DNA from: an uncultured Pseudomonadota bacterium
GTDB taxonomy: Bacteria; Pseudomonadota; Alphaproteobacteria; Rs-D84
DNA: 64,000 nt
Assembly (NCBI GenBank): GCA_902802115.1
Contig: CADCKW010000003.1
Span: 5,637 to 69,636 of the forward strand
Direction of reading: 5' to 3'
Below, in pieces: positions 57,616 through 64,000 of this stretch. Made by a program: the position numbers and the translations under genes. The first letter of the stretch is position 1; each line of letters starts with the position of its first letter. The notes under the pieces were generated by a model. It was given only the letters and a program-made list of their open reading frames with translations. It was not told where the DNA came from and did not search any database.

Positions 57616-58004
57616 TTTATACAGGATATTGGGCAAAAGCATCTGAATATACAGCAAAAGGTTTAACGCCGGTTGGAATTTCTGGTTGGTCACCTGATGG
57701 TTGGACCGGCAAGACATATAAAAAGTTGGCACCAAAGTATGTGTGGTGGAAAGAATGGCATGATAACAACCTTTCTGAACAATGGTATATAACCAAGTAT
57801 TTCGATACCGTGTTAAATAAATTAGACCCAGTGGCGGTCGTTAAGGATTTGCAAAAAATGGGCAAAGATGTTGTTTTGTTATGCTTTGAAACGCCGGATA
57901 AGTTTTGTCATAGACACTTGGTTGCAACATGGTTGCGCGCCAAAAAGGTCGCGGACGTGCGCGAATTTATTTTGCAATCAAAACAAACCCAGATGGAATT
58001 ATAA
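57612..58004 (+). CDS. DUF488-family-like protein
   Basis: MIYTGY, KLAP, LLCFE....CHRHLVA.WL motif; ATGA overlap with xseA. Confidence 0.7.
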   Translation: MIYTGYWAKASEYTAKGLTPVGISGWSPDGWTGKTYKKLAPKYVWWKEWHDNNLSEQWYITKYFDTVLNKLDPVAVVKDLQKMGKDVVLLCFETPDKFCHRHLVATWLRAKKVADVREFILQSKQTQMEL

Positions 58005-58026
58005 AAACGCCCAAATGGGCGGTTTT
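58004..58026. terminator. Bidirectional terminator
   Basis: AAACGCCC-AAAT-GGGCGGTTTT. Confidence 0.55.
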
Positions 58027-58261
58027 ATTTTTTTACATTATGCACATTATACATTTTACACATAGATAACGCAAAACCACGATGCAATAAAGTACATAAC
58101 AAATCAGGTGGCATTGGTAATCGGCCTGCTTCGTATCTGCGCAATTCTGGGATAGTTATTTTTAATAACGCTGCGGCATTTTTCGTGTTTAAACCCAACA
58201 TTTTTCGCGCACGACGCACCTGTTCGCCAATCGCACGCGCATCAATTAAAACAATAGACAT
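58025..58261 (-). CDS. Small XRE-family HTH protein
   Basis: GGGGA RBS; IGEQVRRARKMLGLN...AA.LL....LRRYEAG. Confidence 0.75.
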   Translation of the reverse strand: MSIVLIDARAIGEQVRRARKMLGLNTKNAAALLKITIPELRRYEAGRLPMPPDLLCTLLHRGFALSMCKMYNVHNVKK

Positions 58262-58419
58262 TTTATTCCCCCATGTTAAAAAAAATAAAAATACCGCAAA
58301 TATTCGTGACCCTCCAACCATTTTTTTGTTGGAGTTCTCGTTTTTATAGGCTTTCGGTCCCACATTGGCAACACGCCAATGCAATCATATTTTAATACAT
58401 AATATGTATTTTTGCAAAT

Positions 58420-60072
58420 TTATTTTATCAATGTGCGTGCCATATTTAATGATTCACTTGTTATTTCGGCACCACTGATTATGCGCGCAATTTCATTTAA
58501 TCGGTCGTCACCTGTGATTTCCGTCACCGTTGTCGTTGTTTTATCATTATCACTGTATTTTGCAATTTTATAATGACGGTCGGCAAAGCCGGCAACCTGG
58601 GCAGAATGTGTAATAACCAATGCCTGCGATTTTTGTGCCAATCGATTCAATCGCAAACCCACCGCAGATGCGGTTGCGCCACTGATACCCGTATCAATTT
58701 CATCAAATACAAATGTATGCGCATCATCACCACCCGCCAATGTCACACGCAACGCCAACATAAAACGAGCCAATTCGCCCCCAGATGCAGATTTATTCAA
58801 TGGTGCAAACGGTGTGCCAGGATTCGTTTTTATCATAAATGTAATATCGTCTGTGCCAGATGCGGTCGCGCCACCCTGTTTTATTTCCACCATAAAATCA
58901 GCCGAAGCCAATTTTAAATCTGGCAATTCACGCATAATCGCATCACGCATACGCGTTGCGGCGGCGATGCGCATTTTTGTTAATGCGGTTGCGCATTTAT
59001 CAAATTCAGCACGTGCCGTATTTAATTCGCGTTTTAACTTTTCTAATTCAGCCCCAGAATTATCAATCGTATTTAATGCCGTTTCCATGTCGCACAATTT
59101 ATTCGGCAATTCGTCTGCGGGGATTCTGTGTTTGCGTGCCGCCGCACGTATTGCAAACAACCTTTCTTCGATTTCATCGATTGTGCCGATATCGGTTTCA
59201 GGTGGCCTGATTTGACCAGATGCGTCTGCGACCATCTGTGCCGCGTTATACAGTGCATCAATCTGTTCGGCATACGGATTATCGCCGTCACTATGCACAC
59301 GTTCCAAAATATGCGCAACATTACAAATCAACGAATCCAAAGAATTTCCATTTGGATAAAACGCGTTCTGGGCATCGGTAATAATTGCGGCATTTTTTTC
59401 TATATTCATCATATTGGCACGCGCGGTTGCCAATTCTTCTTCTTCACCAGGTTTAACCTTTAATGCACGCAATTCATTAACATTATGTTCCAAAAATTCA
59501 CGTTCCAATGCCGATTTTTCCACCAAATCTTGCAATTCGGCAATTCGTGTTTGTGCCCCATGCAATTTGTTATATGCGTTGCGTGTTGCGGTTTGCAATT
59601 CGACAAACCCTGGATTATTTATCGCCGCAAATGTATCCAATGTCGGTCTGTGTGTCGCAGGATTTAACAATGTATGATTTGCAAACTGACCATGAATTTC
59701 AACCAAACTGTCACCGATTTCTTTTAAAACCCTGACCGATACCGGTATATCGTTTATCCATGCACGACTTTTCCCGTCGGTGGTTAATGTTCGACGCAAA
59801 ACAACCGTATCATCAGGTTCCAATCCGTTTTCTGTTAATATATTTTTTATTGTATCGCCAACATGTTCAAATTCAGCACTGACCGATGCCATATCGCAAC
59901 CATGACGAATTAATCCTGTATCACTGCGTGCGCCCAGTGCCAATGACAGTGCATCCATTAAAATACTTTTACCAGCACCTGTTTCACCGGTCAATATATT
60001 TAATCCAGAACCGAATTCCAGATTCAGTTTTTCAATCAAAACAATATTAGATATATGTAAATTCGTTAGCAT
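58420..60072 (-). CDS. recN: DNA repair protein RecN, probably leaderless
   Basis: LTGETGAGKS, EIHGQ, SGGELAR, FDEIDTG, ITHSAQVA; TTGAAT-N18-TATAAT-N6-ATG. Confidence 0.96.
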   Translation of the reverse strand: MLTNLHISNIVLIEKLNLEFGSGLNILTGETGAGKSILMDALSLALGARSDTGLIRHGCDMASVSAEFEHVGDTIKNILTENGLEPDDTVVLRRTLTTDGKSRAWINDIPVSVRVLKEIGDSLVEIHGQFANHTLLNPATHRPTLDTFAAINNPGFVELQTATRNAYNKLHGAQTRIAELQDLVEKSALEREFLEHNVNELRALKVKPGEEEELATARANMMNIEKNAAIITDAQNAFYPNGNSLDSLICNVAHILERVHSDGDNPYAEQIDALYNAAQMVADASGQIRPPETDIGTIDEIEERLFAIRAAARKHRIPADELPNKLCDMETALNTIDNSGAELEKLKRELNTARAEFDKCATALTKMRIAAATRMRDAIMRELPDLKLASADFMVEIKQGGATASGTDDITFMIKTNPGTPFAPLNKSASGGELARFMLALRVTLAGGDDAHTFVFDEIDTGISGATASAVGLRLNRLAQKSQALVITHSAQVAGFADRHYKIAKYSDNDKTTTTVTEITGDDRLNEIARIISGAEITSESLNMARTLIK

Positions 60073-60113
60073 AACTGAATTATAATGGTATTTAACCCAA
60101 AAATTCAAGTTTT

Positions 60114-60557
60114 TTATATATTTTCCAATCGCCAATCATGCAACCATAAAATATAGCCAGAAATTTTATAATCTGGATAAATTTGTGACATTAAATTCAT
60201 ATATTCATGTAATTGCGCAATGTATTTTGCGCGGAACTTTTCAGTATCTGTATCGGTTTTATAATCCAAAACCCGCACAGTTTTTGTTGCATCATCTATA
60301 ACCAGCCTGTCGATACGGCGTGACACAAACACACCATTGATATACCCGGCAATTGGAACCTCTGGTATTGAATTTTCCATAAAAAATGATTGTAATAATG
60401 CGTCACTGTTTTTGATTTTTTCTATCAAATCAACATCGCCAATTTGGACAGGCGACAAAGATATATTTTGCAATTTTTTATGCATAATGCGCCCAGTCGT
60501 TGTGGCAAATTGTTCGCGTTCATATTGCGATATAAAATCTGTTATATTTTTATTCAT
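60114..60557 (-). CDS. Stand-alone RecB-family PD-(D/E)XK nuclease domain (AddA C-terminal domain)
   Basis: GRIMHKKLQ, EVPI, RIDRL, LDYKT, QLHEY; 8-nt overlap with the helicase stop. Confidence 0.85.
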   Translation of the reverse strand: MNKNITDFISQYEREQFATTTGRIMHKKLQNISLSPVQIGDVDLIEKIKNSDALLQSFFMENSIPEVPIAGYINGVFVSRRIDRLVIDDATKTVRVLDYKTDTDTEKFRAKYIAQLHEYMNLMSQIYPDYKISGYILWLHDWRLENI

Positions 60558-63183
60558 GTTCTATCCTGATATATTCAGCGTTTTCCGGAGAATTTGTTAA
60601 ATTTGCAAATACACGCCATAAATTTGCATGCCATGAATTTTCAGTTGGATTTTTATTTGGTGTATATCCATAAACATACAATTCGTCACGCGCACGCGTC
60701 ATGGCAACATACAACAACCGATAATATTCAGCAATTTGTTTTTTAACGCGACAATCAACCGCCGTTTCAATTTCTGGCGACGACAATTTAGAATTTATCC
60801 GCCAAATCCAAGGCAACGGATATTTTACATCTTGGTCAATTGGTAATGTAAATATTGTATCGCCATCGGGCATGCGGACAGAATCTATTAAAAACACAAC
60901 TGGGGCTTCCAGACCTTTACTGCCATGGACAGTGACAACACGCACACCAGATGCCGCATTCATATCACGTTGAACCTCGGCACCACCGGTAATAAACCAT
61001 TTTAAAAATTCATGCAATGTGCCACTTTGTGTTCTTTCATACGCCAAACATATTGTCATAAATTCTTGCAATGGGTCCAATATTTGATCGCCCAATGCCG
61101 CAATCATTTTTTGTTTGTTATTATTTTCACGCAAAACAAAACTGAAAAAAGAATACGGTGATAAATCACGCGACATATTTACAATTTTATTTAATTTATC
61201 ATACGCATCATTATCAAATGTCGCCAATATTTCAAATACAGTTGGACAAACCGCGTCTTTGTTCGCAGCCCGCAAACGAGTTGCCGCATCATTTTTCATT
61301 TTACATAAATCATAAATTCTGGATTCGTTGTATCGAAACAGCGGGCTTTTTAACACACAACACAAAGAATAATCGTCGGCATTGGTTAAACAAAACCTGG
61401 TTAAATTTAGTAAATCACGAATAGCCGGAAATGTCGGCAGATAAATACGGTCACTGCCCGCGACAGGCAAGCCCATTTTTTTCAATTCTGTTATTAACAA
61501 TGGTGCAAATGGGGGTCTGCGTTGAACCAAAACCATTATATCACATGGTGCATATTTTCCCGAATCCAACACTGTTTTTATTTTATTCGCAATTGTTTTT
61601 ACATAACCACGTGAATCTGTGTCATCTGTTTTTTTAGAAATCAATTTATGCAATTCAACCAAGCCAGATTTGTGTTCTTTTACACCACGAAAACATTTGT
61701 GCGGCTGATTCACAAAACCACTGGTTTTGCAAACAATATCGTCTGCAAAAAATGTATCAACCGCATACAGCACAGATGGCAAAGAACGAAAATTTTCCGC
61801 CAAAGGCACATCGCAAATCCGCCGGTAATTGTTTTCAATTTGACAACCAATATCGCCACGACTTTTAACAAATGCCGCCGGGTCGGCACCTTGGAATCCA
61901 TATATAGATTGTTTTGTGTCACCCACCACAAATAATGAACGCGGCATTTGGGTTTTGTCGCCTTCGGTAAAAAATCCGTCCAGCAACATATTTATAACGT
62001 CCCATTGTAATACACCGGTGTCTTGGGATTCATCAACCAAAATATGCGACAGCGATACATCAAGTTGCGATAAAACCCAACCCATTGTATCCGCACGCGA
62101 AAATAAATTACGCGTATATAAAATTAAATCTTCGAAATCCAATAAATTACGCGATTGTTTTGCCGTTTTATACGCGTCTGCAAAAGCATAAGATAAATCA
62201 AACAGCGCGACAGTATCGTCAAAAACAGTTTTATTATTATTGTATTGATTGATTGCAAAAACACGTTCTTGTTCGGCAATTAAAAAATCTTGTTTTGCAA
62301 TGGTTTGATTTTTTGTGCCTGCATCTGTCAAATATGCCTTTTTATATTCATCAAAGTCAATTTCATCACACAAATACCGGTTTGTATTGTCGATTATTTT
62401 TGTTAAATACGCCCTTGGTTTTTGTGTGTTTAATTCAAGTGCAATATTTACAATTTTAATCAAATCTTGTTTTGGAATTGTTGTGTCTGGTATATTTTTG
62501 ATATTTAAAAATTCTGTTGTTTTATCAATAAAATATTCGCGATATTTTGTAATATCTGTCACCCCAAAGAAATCTTTGTAATGTTTTGTTAAAACGTCCA
62601 GTAAATCGTCCATAACATATTCGCTGATTCTATTGACCAGGTGCGAAAATGCCGTTGATACGCGTTCGTTTTGCGGGTTAGAAATCATATCGTTTAATGT
62701 GTCCCAAAGTAATGCCTTTTGATCCGCACCCGATATCAATTTCCATGCAGGCGAAACACCAGCCTCGACCGGAAAACGACGCAAAATTTCTTCACAAAAA
62801 CCATGAATAGTTTTTATTTTTAACATTATTGGATTATCAATATATGTAAAAAATATTTCACGTGCATGTTTTATATCTGCGTCTGTGACATTTTTTTCAA
62901 ATGCGATATCTCGCAACATGTCGCGCAAATCATCGTCAGGCATCAATGCCCATTTTTTCAAATTTTTCAAAATACGATTGCGCATTTCGCCCGCTGCAAT
63001 ATTTGTGTATGTTAAACACAAAATCCCAGTCCGCGTGACATCTGGGGTGCGAAACAAAATACGCAACAGACGTTGGGTTAAAACACTGGTTTTACCGGTG
63101 CCGGCATTGGCCTGGACCCAGACATTATCGTTTGGATTTGCCGCCATATCTTGTTCAGGTGAAAGTTGTGGTTTGTTATCCAT
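60550..63183 (-). CDS. addA: AddA-type UvrD-family helicase lacking the fused nuclease domain
   Basis: QANAGTGKT, LVDESQDT, VGDTKQSIYGFQGA, TVHGSKGLE, LYVAMTRARDEL. Confidence 0.88.
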   Translation of the reverse strand: MDNKPQLSPEQDMAANPNDNVWVQANAGTGKTSVLTQRLLRILFRTPDVTRTGILCLTYTNIAAGEMRNRILKNLKKWALMPDDDLRDMLRDIAFEKNVTDADIKHAREIFFTYIDNPIMLKIKTIHGFCEEILRRFPVEAGVSPAWKLISGADQKALLWDTLNDMISNPQNERVSTAFSHLVNRISEYVMDDLLDVLTKHYKDFFGVTDITKYREYFIDKTTEFLNIKNIPDTTIPKQDLIKIVNIALELNTQKPRAYLTKIIDNTNRYLCDEIDFDEYKKAYLTDAGTKNQTIAKQDFLIAEQERVFAINQYNNNKTVFDDTVALFDLSYAFADAYKTAKQSRNLLDFEDLILYTRNLFSRADTMGWVLSQLDVSLSHILVDESQDTGVLQWDVINMLLDGFFTEGDKTQMPRSLFVVGDTKQSIYGFQGADPAAFVKSRGDIGCQIENNYRRICDVPLAENFRSLPSVLYAVDTFFADDIVCKTSGFVNQPHKCFRGVKEHKSGLVELHKLISKKTDDTDSRGYVKTIANKIKTVLDSGKYAPCDIMVLVQRRPPFAPLLITELKKMGLPVAGSDRIYLPTFPAIRDLLNLTRFCLTNADDYSLCCVLKSPLFRYNESRIYDLCKMKNDAATRLRAANKDAVCPTVFEILATFDNDAYDKLNKIVNMSRDLSPYSFFSFVLRENNNKQKMIAALGDQILDPLQEFMTICLAYERTQSGTLHEFLKWFITGGAEVQRDMNAASGVRVVTVHGSKGLEAPVVFLIDSVRMPDGDTIFTLPIDQDVKYPLPWIWRINSKLSSPEIETAVDCRVKKQIAEYYRLLYVAMTRARDELYVYGYTPNKNPTENSWHANLWRVFANLTNSPENAEYIRIEHE

Positions 63184-63275
63184 TTTATTCAATTTATACT
63201 CTTGCTTTCTTGGTTTGATTGTAGTATAAATCAACACGAACTGCAAGGGTATATTCAAAATACGGGGAGAAAAAA

Positions 63276-64000
63276 ATGCCAATCACGCAAATTTTATTGA
63301 TTATTTTATGTTCCGTTTGTTTTTTGTTGTTAATCGCATTGGGCATATCGTTTTCTATTTCACGCAAAAGTCAAAAGGTTATGGAATCTTTGCTGACAAT
63401 TTTGACACACCCTGAACGCGCCCAAATTGCCGAGGCTTCACGTGTGTTGGGTGTAATTTTGGCTGACAATGTTGCCAAGATAAATGCAGACTTTCAAGTT
63501 ATTGGCGAAACATTAAAACATCAAATTGAAATTGCACAACAATTACACAATCAATTAACCGAGCAAAATGACACATTGGTCAATGCCGCAGATGACGCAA
63601 CAAAAAAAGTCGCAAATATGTCACAACGGTTGGAAAATACAGTTGGCGGATTACAAAGTATTGTTGAATCTGCATCATGGCAAGGTGTTGAAAATTCCGC
63701 CGATAAATTTACTGCGAATATGGACGATGTTTTGGCAAAAATAGACGCCACCACAAACGATGTTGATAATCGCGTGACGAATTTACAAGCCCAGATGTCA
63801 AATTGGATTGAATCAGGTAATGTATTGAACGGCGAATTGGATGCAAATTTCGAACGCAACAGCGAACATATGAAATCTTTGCGTGATGAAACAAATACAT
63901 TGAAAGACACACTTGCAGATTTGAATAAATCGGTTGCAGATGGGTTTGACAATATCAAAACTTCGGCGGCAGGATACGAAGAAACACTGCGGTCGAACGA
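63276..64000 (+). CDS. Membrane-anchored long coiled-coil protein (partial, runs off the window)
   Basis: GGGGAG RBS; MPITQILLIILCSVCFLLLIALG TM helix, then heptad-like sequence open to the window end. Confidence 0.7.
   Translation, partial: MPITQILLIILCSVCFLLLIALGISFSISRKSQKVMESLLTILTHPERAQIAEASRVLGVILADNVAKINADFQVIGETLKHQIEIAQQLHNQLTEQNDTLVNAADDATKKVANMSQRLENTVGGLQSIVESASWQGVENSADKFTANMDDVLAKIDATTNDVDNRVTNLQAQMSNWIESGNVLNGELDANFERNSEHMKSLRDETNTLKDTLADLNKSVADGFDNIKTSAAGYEETLRSN

Noticed and set aside
57984-58004. C-terminal QTQMEL as a beta-clamp-binding motif
   Set aside because: Lacks the terminal aromatic residue of QL[SD]LF; too weak
1-64000. CRISPR array, IS element, rRNA, or alternative genetic code
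   Set aside because: No regularly spaced repeats, transposase or rRNA motifs seen; core genes translate full length with the standard code and TGA serves as stop (rsmH, xseA)

Overview
A gene-dense, AT-rich chromosomal window from a bacterium that looks alphaproteobacterial. The evidence is the ruvB-(rlpA)-ybgC-tolQRA order, a DUF2155-like gene, an AddA-type helicase and a sigma32-type dnaK promoter. The style suggests a reduced, host-associated lineage such as Rs-D84/'Ca. Enterousia'; this is inference and was not verified. The backbone is housekeeping: corA, argS, an EnvZ/OmpR-like pair, ruvB, secA, dnaE, rsmH, gpmI, tadA, rsmD, rplY, dnaK, pfkA, rpsP-rimM-trmD-rplS, tsaD, xseA, recN, addA, tRNA-Pro(GGG), tRNA-Gly(CCC) and RNase P RNA. 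Two accessory layers are interleaved with it. The first is a set of large signal-peptide-bearing Cys-rich proteins, including a ~2,100-aa fibre-like protein with unrecognised 4-Cys repeats that is split by a frameshift. The second is many small ORFans, four of them inside the rpsP operon. Non-coding highlights are a structured element after tRNA-Gly that repeats the tRNA 3' end, an unexplained structured RNA before rplY, a kissing-loop rplY leader, a structured rpsP leader, and a 17-bp divergent leaderless promoter between tadA and rsmD. No transposase, integrase, prophage or CRISPR array was seen. All calls come from reading motifs by eye; no searches or folding programs were run. Several start codons were adjusted from the ORF track using RBS or promoter evidence.
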